From an uncultured Anaerolineaceae bacterium (GTDB taxonomy: Bacteria > Chloroflexota > Anaerolineae > Anaerolineales > E44-bin32), in contig CAZEMA010000003.1 of the NCBI GenBank assembly GCA_964513155.1, forward strand, positions 1-62,681: a stretch of DNA of 62,681 nucleotides, in the 5' to 3' direction. Under the pieces are notes generated by a model. The model was not told where the DNA came from, searched no databases, and worked only from the letters and a program-made list of their open reading frames with translations. Of this stretch, positions 1 through 9,592 are shown piece after piece. Each line of letters starts with the position of its first letter. Position 1 is the stretch's first letter. The translations under genes were made by a program, and so were the position numbers.

Positions 1-626
1 TCAAGGAGTTCGAGCTCGACCCCAAGGCAGACATCTGGATCTTCCTGGACGCCTCTCGCCAGGCGCAGGCGGGTTCGTCCGAGGTGGCGCCTGCAGACAT
101 CCCGACCTGGCCAGGCCCGAGGCGGGTCTCCCTGCCGCCCTCGACGGAGGAATACGGCGTCGCGGCCGCGGCCTCACTGGCCCTGTACTTCCTGCGACAG
201 GACCGCGCCGTTGGCATGGCCGCCTACGGCAAGGCACGCCAGGTGATCCAGCCGGACCGTGGGGAGCGCCAACTCTACCGCCTGCTTGAGTCGCTGGCGG
301 TGGTTCGGGCCGAAGGGTGGCTGAGCCTCGAGGAGGTCCTCAAGGTGGAGTCGCCTCAGATCCCCCGGGGGGCGAGCCTTGCGCTCATCTCGCCGAGCGT
401 CAGCCCCGGCGTGCTTTCAGCCGCCCGCCAGCTCGACCGGCGCGGGGTGCAGCCGGTGCTCGTGTTGCTCGACGCCCATTCCTTCGGCGGTCCGGGAGGC
501 TCCCGCGCTCTGGCGCTCGCGGCCCAGAAAGCGGGGCTGAACGTGCGCCTGGTGAGCTGCGGAGCCGATCTGGGGGCAGCGTTGTCTTCCGCCCGGCTCG
601 AGCCGGCCTTGCCGGCCGCGGCCTAG
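1..626 (+). CDS. DUF58 domain protein, C-terminal part (5' end lies outside the window)
   Basis: The frame is open from the window edge (KEFELDPKADIWIFLDASRQ...), which resembles the DUF58 core. Stop TAG at 624-626. Confidence 0.6.
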   Translation, partial: KEFELDPKADIWIFLDASRQAQAGSSEVAPADIPTWPGPRRVSLPPSTEEYGVAAAASLALYFLRQDRAVGMAAYGKARQVIQPDRGERQLYRLLESLAVVRAEGWLSLEEVLKVESPQIPRGASLALISPSVSPGVLSAARQLDRRGVQPVLVLLDAHSFGGPGGSRALALAAQKAGLNVRLVSCGADLGAALSSARLEPALPAAA

Positions 627-637
627 CCTTGCCTGAC

Positions 638-2218
638 ATGGGACATCCCGCACTCCTGGAGCATTCCTTGCGGAACCGATGGCTCTTCGTTGCAGTCTTC
701 GCCGGCGGCGTCACCAGCCTCGGTCTGGAGATGACCGCTTCCAGGCTTCTCGGGAACGTGTTCGGCACCAGCAACATCGTCTGGGCGAACATCATCGGCC
801 TGATCCTCGTGTACCTCTCGGCCGGCTACTTCATCGGCGGACGATGGGCTGACCGGTCTCCCCGGGAGAGCACCTTCTACCCTCTGCTGGCGTGGGCAGC
901 CTTCACCTCGGGCCTGGTTCCTCTGGCAGCACGGCCGGTGCTGCGCCTGGCCGCAGCCGCGGTCGAACGATTGGACGCCGCCGTGATGGCTGGCTCATTC
1001 CTCTCCGTCGTGGTCTTGTTCATTCTGCCCGTTACTCTGCTGGGCTGCGTTTCACCTTTTGCCATCCGCTTGGCCATCCGGGATACGGAGCAGGCAGGGG
1101 GAATCTCGGGCCGCATATACGCCGTTTCGACGCTGGGGTCGATCCTGGGGACCTTCCTGCCGGTGCTCTGGCTGATCCCCTCTATCGGCACGGCCCTCAC
1201 CTTCCTGGTGCTCAGCCTCAGCCTCCTGGCCGTGGCGCTTGTCGGGTTGTGGATGCTCCAGCCCAAGGCCGCGCTGAGGTATCTGTGGATGCCTCTCGCC
1301 TTGGCCGGGCTTGCCTGGTGGGTCCTTTCGGAGCCGATCAAGGCCAGCGCTGGGCAGATCTTCGAGTCTGAGTCGGCCTACAACTACATCCAGGTGATCG
1401 AGCGCGACGGCACCCGCTATCTGCTCCTTAATGAGGGGCAGGGAATCCACTCGGTCTACAACCCGGCCGGCGGAGCCACCTACGGGACCTGGGACTACTT
1501 CCTGGCCGCCCCGTTCTTCAACCCGCCTCCGGTCTCGCTCGGGGCCGTAGCTCGAGTGGGAATCGTAGGGTTGGCGGCAGGGACGGTTGCCCGCCAATAC
1601 ACGGACGTGTTTGGGCCCGTCCCGATTGACGGGTGGGAGATCGATCCCCAGATTGTCGAGGTCGGCCGGCGGCTGTTCGACATGAACGAGCCCAATCTGA
1701 ACGTCATCGTCGCCGACGGGCGCTGGGGGCTGGCCCACAGCGCCGGGGGGTACTCCGTCATCGGCGTTGACGCCTACCGTCTCCCCTACATCCCTCCGCA
1801 CCTGACGACGCGCGAGTTCTTCGAGGAGACGCGCCAGCGCCTCCTCGGCGATGGCGTGCTGGTGGTCAATGTCGGCCGGACACCCGACGACCGCCGGCTG
1901 GTCGATGCCATGGTGGGCACGATCGGGGCCGTCTTCCCTTCGATCCATGTGGTGGACGTGCCCGATACCTTCAATACCATCCTCTATGCCACCGTCCAGG
2001 CGACTTCCGCGGACAGCTTGCGCGAGAACCTGGCGGCCTTGACCCGGGAAGGCGCGCCCACGCTGCTACTGGACGTCCTGCAGCGGGCCTACGCCAACCT
2101 GCGAACGACGCCCGTATCGGACGTCATTTTCACCGACGACAAGGCGCCCATCGAGCAGTTGACAAACTCAATGGTGATCCGTTTCATCCTGAGTGGAGAT
2201 CTCAGCATCCTGCGCTGA
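638..2218 (+). CDS. Spermidine synthase-like (aminopropyltransferase fold) protein fused to an N-terminal multi-TM domain
   Basis: ATG 638 lies 12 nt after the upstream stop. The N-terminus has hydrophobic helices. The C-terminal part (GIVGLAAGTVARQY...GWEIDPQIVEVGRRLF...VIGVDAY) looks like a SpeE-type Rossmann fold. The ORF-track extension 317-637 overlaps the upstream gene and is Arg/Pro-rich. Confidence 0.7.
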   Translation: MGHPALLEHSLRNRWLFVAVFAGGVTSLGLEMTASRLLGNVFGTSNIVWANIIGLILVYLSAGYFIGGRWADRSPRESTFYPLLAWAAFTSGLVPLAARPVLRLAAAAVERLDAAVMAGSFLSVVVLFILPVTLLGCVSPFAIRLAIRDTEQAGGISGRIYAVSTLGSILGTFLPVLWLIPSIGTALTFLVLSLSLLAVALVGLWMLQPKAALRYLWMPLALAGLAWWVLSEPIKASAGQIFESESAYNYIQVIERDGTRYLLLNEGQGIHSVYNPAGGATYGTWDYFLAAPFFNPPPVSLGAVARVGIVGLAAGTVARQYTDVFGPVPIDGWEIDPQIVEVGRRLFDMNEPNLNVIVADGRWGLAHSAGGYSVIGVDAYRLPYIPPHLTTREFFEETRQRLLGDGVLVVNVGRTPDDRRLVDAMVGTIGAVFPSIHVVDVPDTFNTILYATVQATSADSLRENLAALTREGAPTLLLDVLQRAYANLRTTPVSDVIFTDDKAPIEQLTNSMVIRFILSGDLSILR

Positions 2219-2233
2219 TCAGCGAGGCGAAGC

Positions 2234-2950
2234 ATGTCGGAAACGACCTCAAGCGGGTCATCGACCCCTGCCACCGGCCGGCCCCTCTGGGCAACGGCGG
2301 CGCGGGTTGTGGTCGTGGTGTTGATGCCAGTCGTTCTTGTGTTGACGAATGTGCGGCTGTTGCTGACCCCGGCTTTTGTCCAACTCGAGTACCGGATGCC
2401 GGGCTTTCCGCCCGAGCCCTATGGTTTCACCCGGGAGGACCGCCTGCATTGGGCGCCCATCGCTTTGGAGTACCTCCTCAACGATGCAGGGCGGGAGTTC
2501 CTCGGCGACCTGCGTTTCGACTCTGGCGCGCCCGTCTACAACGAACGCGAACTGCGCCACATGGAGGATGTCAAGCGCCTGACACAGGCCGCGCTGAAGG
2601 TGTGGATCGCCGGCGTCGTGGTCGTCGGCGTGACGCTGGCGGGGATGCTCTTGGCCAACCGCGGCAACGACGCCCGGTCGGCGCTCCTGGCCGGGTCCCG
2701 CCTGACCCTTGTCTTGATGGCCATCCTGGGAGTGGGACTGGTGGTGGGGTTCGGCTTCGTCTTTGTGGGATTCCACCGGGTCTTCTTTGAGGGGGACACC
2801 TGGACGTTCCTGTACAGCGACACGCTGATCCGCCTGTTCCCGGAGCGCTTCTGGCAGGATGTCTTCGCCTTCATTGCCGGGGGGACGGTGGTGGAGGCGG
2901 GGGCGATCTACCTGGCGGCACGGCGGCCGCCGGCGAGAGCCCAAGTCTAG
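2234..2950 (+). CDS. TIGR01906/DUF1461-like integral membrane protein
   Basis: 238-aa ORF with an N-terminal TM segment, the stretch PAFVQLEYRMPGFPPEPYGFTREDRLHWAPIALEYL, and C-terminal TM helices. Confidence 0.55.
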   Translation: MSETTSSGSSTPATGRPLWATAARVVVVVLMPVVLVLTNVRLLLTPAFVQLEYRMPGFPPEPYGFTREDRLHWAPIALEYLLNDAGREFLGDLRFDSGAPVYNERELRHMEDVKRLTQAALKVWIAGVVVVGVTLAGMLLANRGNDARSALLAGSRLTLVLMAILGVGLVVGFGFVFVGFHRVFFEGDTWTFLYSDTLIRLFPERFWQDVFAFIAGGTVVEAGAIYLAARRPPARAQV

Positions 2951-2972
2951 AGGAGACGGTCACGGCATCGCG

Positions 2973-3022
2973 AGAGGGTCCGCTCCCTGGCGCCGTCCTC
3001 GGCGCCAGGGAGCGGACCCTCT
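2973..3022. terminator. Perfect 22-bp-stem hairpin between convergent genes (candidate bidirectional terminator)
   Basis: AGAGGGTCCGCTCCCTGGCGCC / loop GTCCTC / GGCGCCAGGGAGCGGACCCTCT. No U-tract. Confidence 0.5.
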
Positions 3023-3078
3023 ACCCTTGGGCATGCGTCCCAGGGGAATTCGCGAAACCAGTCCTGGCAGCGAGCTCG

Positions 3079-3576
3079 CTACTGGACAAAGTCGAAGAAA
3101 TCACCTCCCCAGCAAGCGATGGTCACGTCGTGATAGTTCTCGCCTGGGGCGAGAGGGATCTGAATCAGGGCCATGGTGCAGGCCTCCTGCTCTGCCGCGC
3201 CTTCGGCCATCAGGGTATCCAGGGCGGTGTAGCCGCCGCTGACGCCGCCCGGGTAGAACCAGGCCACGACGATGTAAGTTCCCACCGGCAAATCGGGGAT
3301 GGTGAAGCTTGTCGCGCCGTCAGGGACGTCGATGTAGGTCACCTGGCCAGTGGTGAGCTCGCGGGCATAGATCCGGAGGCCGGAGGCGGCCGTTGGGCTA
3401 AACTGTCGGATCTCACCAGAGATGGTTCCCCTCTCGGGGACAAGCGGCGGGATCGGGGTCAGCGTTGGCGAAGGCCGAGCGGTAGGGGTTGGGGTGCGGC
3501 CGAAGCTCAGCGAGCAGCCCGCGCCCGCCGCCAGTCCGACGAGGCTGGCGAGAAGCAGAAGTCGTGTCAGGCGCAT
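3079..3576 (-). CDS. Putative lipoprotein of unknown function
   Basis: Signal peptide MRLTRLLLLASLVGLAAGAGC with a lipobox-like LAAGAGC, followed by a Pro/Thr linker. Confidence 0.5.
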   Translation of the reverse strand: MRLTRLLLLASLVGLAAGAGCSLSFGRTPTPTARPSPTLTPIPPLVPERGTISGEIRQFSPTAASGLRIYARELTTGQVTYIDVPDGATSFTIPDLPVGTYIVVAWFYPGGVSGGYTALDTLMAEGAAEQEACTMALIQIPLAPGENYHDVTIACWGGDFFDFVQ

Positions 3577-3652
3577 GGTGGTTACTCCTCTCCATACCCT
3601 TCCCGTCCTGGGAGGGACTGCTACGCGTCGGCGGAGACGAGAGGCGTCCGAC

Positions 3653-4864
3653 CTAGGCGCCGAACTTGGCCAGCCGACCGGAATGAGCCATCAGCAGAGG
3701 CATGGCGTCCGTGGCCGGGAATGTGCCCAGGCCGCCATGGGCGCAGGCGCGTTCCCCGAAGGTCCTCTGGTCATCGGGCCGACCGGTGGCGGGGGCCCAG
3801 AGAAGGAAGGGAACCGGGTGCCAGGTATGGGTGCGGGAGCGGGCCGGCGTTGAGTGATCCCCGGTGACGGCGATCACCGCCGGCTCCAGGCCGAGCAGGA
3901 CCGGCAAGGCCGCGTCCGCTGCCTCAATCACAGCCACCTTCCCGCCGAAGTTGCCGTCTTCGCCCATGCTATCCGTCTTCTTGATGTGGACGAAGAAGAA
4001 GTCGAAATCCTCCCAGGCCTGGGACACGGTCGCGAACTCGTCTTCCGGTTCATCCCCTTCGCAGCGCAACACCTGCATGCCCACCAGGCGGGAGACGCCC
4101 TTGTACATCGGATAGACAGCCACACAGGCGGCTCGCAACCCAAAGATCTCGGGGAATTGCGGCAGATCCGGGTCGGTCGAGAAACCGCGCAAGTTCAGTG
4201 CGTTGGCCTGGGGCTCGTTGGCCAGCAGCTTGCGGGCTTCGCCGATCCACTGGTTGAAGAGACCGGCGGTCCGCTGGGAGCCAGGCCTGAGCGCTTTGGC
4301 AGGAAGCGGAACCACGCCCGTCTGCTGGGGATCGGTATCGGCAATCTCGGCCTCCAGCCCTTCGCCCCGCATCACCACGGCGAAGCGGTACTCCTTGACC
4401 GGCTGCACTTCCGTCTCCACCTCGGCCAAACGGATGGTCGCCAGCCGATGGACCAGGGGGGTCGACTTCTCGGTCGGAATCCGGCCGGCCCGGCGGTCCG
4501 TGATCTTGCCGGAGGCATCGACGGTGCAGAAGTTGCCGCGCGCGGCCACGTCGCCTTTGCGCACTTCCATCCCCACCCCGATCGCCTCCAGGACGCCTCG
4601 CCCGACCTCATACTCCATCGGATCGTAGCCGAAAAGCGACAAGTGGGCGGGCCCGGATCCCGGCGTGATGGCGGAGCGGACCGGGATCGTCTGACCGAGC
4701 GTGCCTTCCACGGCCATCCGGTCCAGGTTAGGCGTGTTGGCGGCCTCCAGCTCCGTCGGTCCACCCGACTCCATGGGCAAACCGCCCAGCCCGTCCAAGA
4801 CCAGCAAGACGATCTTCTCCGGAGACTTCTGCCGGAGTTCACGCATCAGATCGAAGGTCGACAT
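3653..4864 (-). CDS. apgM: Cofactor-independent phosphoglycerate mutase, archaeal-type (ApgM family)
   Basis: IVLLVLDGLGG...TPNLDRMA...PGSGPAHLSLFGYDP...VTGDHSTPA motifs. ATG at 4864 (MSTFD) is preceded by a GGAAAGGGA RBS. Confidence 0.8.
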   Translation of the reverse strand: MSTFDLMRELRQKSPEKIVLLVLDGLGGLPMESGGPTELEAANTPNLDRMAVEGTLGQTIPVRSAITPGSGPAHLSLFGYDPMEYEVGRGVLEAIGVGMEVRKGDVAARGNFCTVDASGKITDRRAGRIPTEKSTPLVHRLATIRLAEVETEVQPVKEYRFAVVMRGEGLEAEIADTDPQQTGVVPLPAKALRPGSQRTAGLFNQWIGEARKLLANEPQANALNLRGFSTDPDLPQFPEIFGLRAACVAVYPMYKGVSRLVGMQVLRCEGDEPEDEFATVSQAWEDFDFFFVHIKKTDSMGEDGNFGGKVAVIEAADAALPVLLGLEPAVIAVTGDHSTPARSRTHTWHPVPFLLWAPATGRPDDQRTFGERACAHGGLGTFPATDAMPLLMAHSGRLAKFGA

Positions 4865-4941
4865 GCTTGGTTCCCTTTCCCTGGCTACCACGATCCGTGC
4901 CCATGGATGATCGGTGCGCCGCCGCCCCTGTCCAGCCTGGC

Positions 4942-4947
4942 ATTATA
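4942..4947 (-). promoter_or_regulatory. -10 box TATAAT (minus strand) upstream of apgM
   Basis: An isolated TATAAT in GC-rich intergenic DNA, about 78 nt upstream of the apgM ATG. Confidence 0.4.
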
Positions 4948-5147
4948 CCTGCGGAGAGGGGGCCGGCCAAGGAAGATCCTTCCGAAGAGCGGACAGCGAT
5001 TCGTTGGGAATAGAAGCGTCTCCTGAGCGGAATGCGCCACGAGAACGGCTCGGGCTGCGCCTTCCTTGGCCATCCTGACCATGATTGCGGCCCCGTGGCC
5101 GTTCTCTTGCCCCTCGATTCTCGTTCGTTGACGGTCTACCGGCCTTC

Positions 5148-5156
5148 TGGTATAGT
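5148..5156 (+). promoter_or_regulatory. Extended -10 TGGTATAGT upstream of the yvcK-like gene
   Basis: TGnTATAGT ends 7 nt before the in-frame GTG at 5164. Confidence 0.45.
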
Positions 5157-5163
5157 GAATCCC

Positions 5164-6525
5164 GTGGCTTCGAATGGACTTTCCTCCCAGTCCAATGGCG
5201 GGACTGCCAACCACCGGCGGTCGTTGTGGGGTTGGCTCCGCCCAGGTCTGGGGATCAAGCGCTGGTTCGTCGTCGTCGTCCTGGGGATGGCTATGATCGG
5301 GCTTGGCCTGGCCATCTTCCTCCTCGACATCTACCGCGCGCATCCCGAGTCGCCCTGGCTAGCCGTTCTGAGCATGAGAGCCCTGCCGCGTTGGGTGCGG
5401 GCCGTTGTCCTGGGAATCGTCGGATTCGGCCTGGTCGCTTTTGCCATCTTCCGCCTCAACCGGACCCTCCTGGCGCCCTACATGCGGCCCGGCAAACCGG
5501 TCCTGGACGCGGTCACTCAGCACCGGCGCTTGGGCAGGGGGCCGAGGGTTGTGGCTATCGGCGGTGGGACTGGGCTGGCGACCCTGCTGCGTGGCCTCAA
5601 GGACCATAGCGGCAACCTGACGGCGATCGTCACCGTCGCTGACGATGGCGGCTCCTCCGGCCGGCTGCGTCGCACGCTGGGTCTTCCACCACCGGGCGAC
5701 CTGCGCAATTGCCTGGCGGCGCTCTCCGATGACGAGGACCTTTTAACGCAGCTCTTCCAGTACCGGTTCGCCGAAGGCGGCGAATTGGACGGCCACTCCT
5801 TCGGCAATCTGTTCATCGCGGCCTTGGCCGGCGTGACGGGGAGCTTCGACAAGGGGGTCATGGAAGCCGGGCGGGTCCTGGCTGTGAGGGGACAGGTTCT
5901 ACCCTCAACCCTCACCAATGTCTCGCTGACGGCAGACAAGTCGCTGGAAGCCCATGCGGTGCGGGTCGTCGGCGAGAGCCGGATCCCGGAAGCGCCGGGC
6001 TCCATCCGACATGTCCATCTTGACCCCAGTGAACCCCCGGCCCACCCGGAGGCGATCCGTTCGCTGCTGAACGCTGATCTGATCGTCGTCGGCCCGGGCA
6101 GCCTGTTCACCAGCGTCCTGCCGAACCTGTTGGTGCCTGATCTGGTGAGCGCCATCCGCAGCAGCCGGGGGCTCAAGGTCTACGTCTGCAACGTGGCCAC
6201 CCAGCCGGGCGAGACGGACGGCTTCGACCCCGGCCAGCACCTGGCAGCCATCGAGGATCACGCCGGCAAAGGGTTAGTGGATGTGATGCTGGTCAATGAC
6301 CGGCGCGATGGGCAGTTGCCAGAGGGAGTATCTTGGGTGTGCCAGAGCGAGGACAGCGCCGGGATGGTCCCTGTCCGCAGGGCGGATCTCGTCGATCCGG
6401 CGAAACCATGGCGTCACGACTCGGACAAGCTGGCGGAAACACTGATCACGCTGCTGGAGGAGAGCACCGGGCCTCTCGAGCCGGTAGCGGCCGAGCGGCC
6501 GGAGCAACTGGCAGCGCTGAACTAA
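5164..6525 (+). CDS. yvcK: YvcK/CofD-like (gluconeogenesis factor family) protein with an N-terminal TM segment
   Basis: VVAIGGGTGLATLLRGLK...IVTVADDGGSSGRLR...GDLRNCL...HSFGNLFIAAL motifs. The start is chosen at GTG 5164 because of the adjacent -10 box. The ORF is open from 5032. Confidence 0.75.
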   Translation: MASNGLSSQSNGGTANHRRSLWGWLRPGLGIKRWFVVVVLGMAMIGLGLAIFLLDIYRAHPESPWLAVLSMRALPRWVRAVVLGIVGFGLVAFAIFRLNRTLLAPYMRPGKPVLDAVTQHRRLGRGPRVVAIGGGTGLATLLRGLKDHSGNLTAIVTVADDGGSSGRLRRTLGLPPPGDLRNCLAALSDDEDLLTQLFQYRFAEGGELDGHSFGNLFIAALAGVTGSFDKGVMEAGRVLAVRGQVLPSTLTNVSLTADKSLEAHAVRVVGESRIPEAPGSIRHVHLDPSEPPAHPEAIRSLLNADLIVVGPGSLFTSVLPNLLVPDLVSAIRSSRGLKVYVCNVATQPGETDGFDPGQHLAAIEDHAGKGLVDVMLVNDRRDGQLPEGVSWVCQSEDSAGMVPVRRADLVDPAKPWRHDSDKLAETLITLLEESTGPLEPVAAERPEQLAALN

Positions 6526-7581
<1,056 letters not shown>

Positions 7582-7597
7582 CACCAAGGAGGCAGCC

Positions 7598-7624
7598 GTC
7601 CGGCGCCGCCAAGCGGCGCCGGAC
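7598..7624 (+). terminator. Intercistronic hairpin between gap and pgk (attenuator or processing site?)
   Basis: GTCCGGCGCC / loop GCCAAGC / GGCGCCGGAC, a 10-bp stem ending 13 nt before the pgk ATG. Confidence 0.35.
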
Positions 7625-7636
7625 GCATGTTAAGCC

Positions 7637-8812
7637 ATGTTCAACAAGAAGACGATTCGAGACGTTGACCTGAAAGGCCGTCGGGCGCTGGTGCGCGTCG
7701 ACTTCAATGTTCCTCTCAAAGAGGGGAAGGTCAAGGACGACACCCGCATCCGGGCCGCCCTGCCGACGATCCAATACCTGATCGAGCACGGCGCGGCTGT
7801 CATCCTGTGCTCCCATCTGGGTCGGCCAAAGGACAAGCCTGAGCCTGAGTTCACCCTCAAACCGGTCGCGACCCGGTTGTCGGAGCTCCTCAAGCGGCCC
7901 GTAATCTTCTGCCTTGTCACGGTTGGACCCGAGGCACAAAAGGCGGCCAAGGCGCTCAAGCCGGGCGAGGTCCTGCTTCTCGAGAACACGCGGTTTCAGA
8001 AGGAGGAGACCGCCAACGACGCGGCATTCGCCGCCAAGCTGGCGGCTCTGGGCGATCTATTCGTCAACGATGCCTTCGGCTCGGCTCACCGCGCCCACGC
8101 CTCGACGGAGGGCGTGGCCCATCACCTGCCGGCCGTGGCCGGCTTCCTGATGGAAAAGGAGCTGACCTACCTGGGCAAGGCGCTGGCCTCTCCCGAGCGG
8201 CCCTTCGTGGCCATCCTCGGCGGGGCCAAGATCTCCGACAAGATTGGCGTCGTCGAGAACCTGTTGGGCAAGGCTGACAAGCTGCTGATCGGCGGTGGCA
8301 TGGCCAATACCTTCCTGGCGGCCAAGGGTCTTGCCATGGGTGACTCGCTCGTCGAGGCCGAGGCGTTGCCCACCGCAAGCGACCTGCTCAGGCGCAGCGG
8401 TGACCGCATGCTCCTGCCGACCGACGTCGTCATCGCCGACGCCTTCGACGCCGGCGCCCACCACAGAGTCGCGGCCGTGGATGCCATCCCCGCGGGCTGG
8501 CGGGCGCTCGATATTGGGCCCAAGACGGTCGAAACTTTCACGAAGGCATTGAAGGGCGCCAAGCTGGTCGTGTGGAACGGCCCGATGGGTGTGTTCGAGT
8601 TCCCGGCCTTCGCCGCCGGCACCAAGGCGCTTGCCAAGGCAGTGGCCGAATGTGGGGCAACCTCGATCGTTGGTGGCGGCGATTCGGCTTCGGCCGTGCA
8701 GGATGCAGGCGTGGCCGATCGGATCAGCCACATCTCGACCGGCGGCGGGGCCTCACTCGAGTTCCTGGAAGGCAAGACCCTGCCGGGCGTGGCAGCCCTG
8801 CTCGACAGGTAA
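7637..8812 (+). CDS. pgk: Phosphoglycerate kinase
   Basis: [17 protein letters not shown]-like and GGGDSA motifs. 391 aa. Confidence 0.95.
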   Translation: MFNKKTIRDVDLKGRRALVRVDFNVPLKEGKVKDDTRIRAALPTIQYLIEHGAAVILCSHLGRPKDKPEPEFTLKPVATRLSELLKRPVIFCLVTVGPEAQKAAKALKPGEVLLLENTRFQKEETANDAAFAAKLAALGDLFVNDAFGSAHRAHASTEGVAHHLPAVAGFLMEKELTYLGKALASPERPFVAILGGAKISDKIGVVENLLGKADKLLIGGGMANTFLAAKGLAMGDSLVEAEALPTASDLLRRSGDRMLLPTDVVIADAFDAGAHHRVAAVDAIPAGWRALDIGPKTVETFTKALKGAKLVVWNGPMGVFEFPAFAAGTKALAKAVAECGATSIVGGGDSASAVQDAGVADRISHISTGGGASLEFLEGKTLPGVAALLDR

Positions 8813-8825
8813 GGCACGGCAAGCA

Positions 8826-8844
8826 GAGGCCGGCACCCGGCCTC
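8826..8844 (+). terminator. Hairpin downstream of pgk
   Basis: GAGGCCGG / CAC / CCGGCCTC, 14 nt after the pgk stop. Confidence 0.4.
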
Positions 8845-9077
8845 CAGAACCCTCGGCATTTCTCCCGGCCGACGGACGCGGCCCCCTCCGGGGAGTCGAG
8901 CCCGTCGGCCGGATGTCCGCTGCCACATGTGAGCGCCTCGCTCTATGGTCCGCCTCGGATCGACCTCAGCCGTCAGAGAGCCTCCGGTGGGCACGTGAAG
9001 AACAGAAAGGGAACGCCCCAGCGGGCATTGCCCGACAGGTCCGCGCCTACAATCTGCTAACCACGACAGGAGGCCTG

Positions 9078-9107
9078 TTGCTGGGTTCACGCCTCCGGTC
9101 CTATAAT
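9078..9107 (+). promoter_or_regulatory. Putative sigma70-type promoter TTGCTG-N18-TATAAT
   Basis: -35 at 9078-9083 and -10 at 9102-9107, upstream of the small ORF at 9153. Confidence 0.4.
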
Positions 9108-9152
9108 GAGCCGTTGAGGGGATGCCATTTGCCCCGGAAGGAGACATCAGCG

Positions 9153-9521
9153 ATGGGTGATGTTCGGATCGAACCTGATAGCGGTGCGCCCATTTCGAGC
9201 GCCGGGGAAAGCGTACCGGACACATACCATAACCACGAAAACCTGGTAACCCTGTCCCTGAGGATCAACGCCTTCTCCTGGGTCTTCGTGGCCCTCGCAT
9301 GCGTGGCAATCCTGGGCGCGATCGGGGTGCTGCTCTCGGTGCTTCCCAGCATGCAGATCAGTGAATCTCCACTCAGCGCGGTTCCTGTGCTTTTTGCGTA
9401 CCTGGCTAGTCCCCTTGAGACGGTCGCGGTGTCTTTGGCTGTGTTCCTCCTGCTGAGGGCAGCTTCGGAGGGTCTGCTCCTCCTGATGGACGTCGAGGAC
9501 AACACGCGCAAGAAGGGCTGA
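9153..9521 (+). CDS. Small membrane protein, unknown function
   Basis: ATG 9153 follows a GGAAGGAG RBS. Two predicted TM helices (FSWVFVALACVAILGAIGVLL; VAVSLAVFLLL). Confidence 0.45.
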   Translation: MGDVRIEPDSGAPISSAGESVPDTYHNHENLVTLSLRINAFSWVFVALACVAILGAIGVLLSVLPSMQISESPLSAVPVLFAYLASPLETVAVSLAVFLLLRAASEGLLLLMDVEDNTRKKG

Positions 9522-9523
9522 TG

Positions 9524-9580
9524 GCAAGGCGGTTTTTCATCACCCTGCTAGAGGAACCAAGCTAGCGGTCGATGAAGGAA
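9524..9580. repeat. Degenerate copy of the CTAG-bounded inverted-repeat element (two facing arms only)
   Basis: GGCAAGGCGGTTTTTCATCACCCTGCTAG - 10 nt - CTAGCGGTCGATGAAGGAA. The arms match the ends of the elements at 15655, 33316 and 40238. Confidence 0.55.
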
Positions 9581-9592
9581 TGAGAGCTCAGG

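Noticed and set aside
317-637. N-terminal 107-aa extension of the spermidine-synthase-like ORF
   Set aside because: It overlaps the DUF58 gene in another frame and is Arg/Pro/Gly-rich. A clean ATG at 638 follows the upstream stop.
8589-9152. Upstream extension of the 9153 small membrane ORF (310-aa ORF in the track)
   Set aside because: It overlaps the 3' end of pgk and its terminator. A promoter-like TTGCTG-N18-TATAAT and a GGAAGGAG RBS precede ATG 9153.
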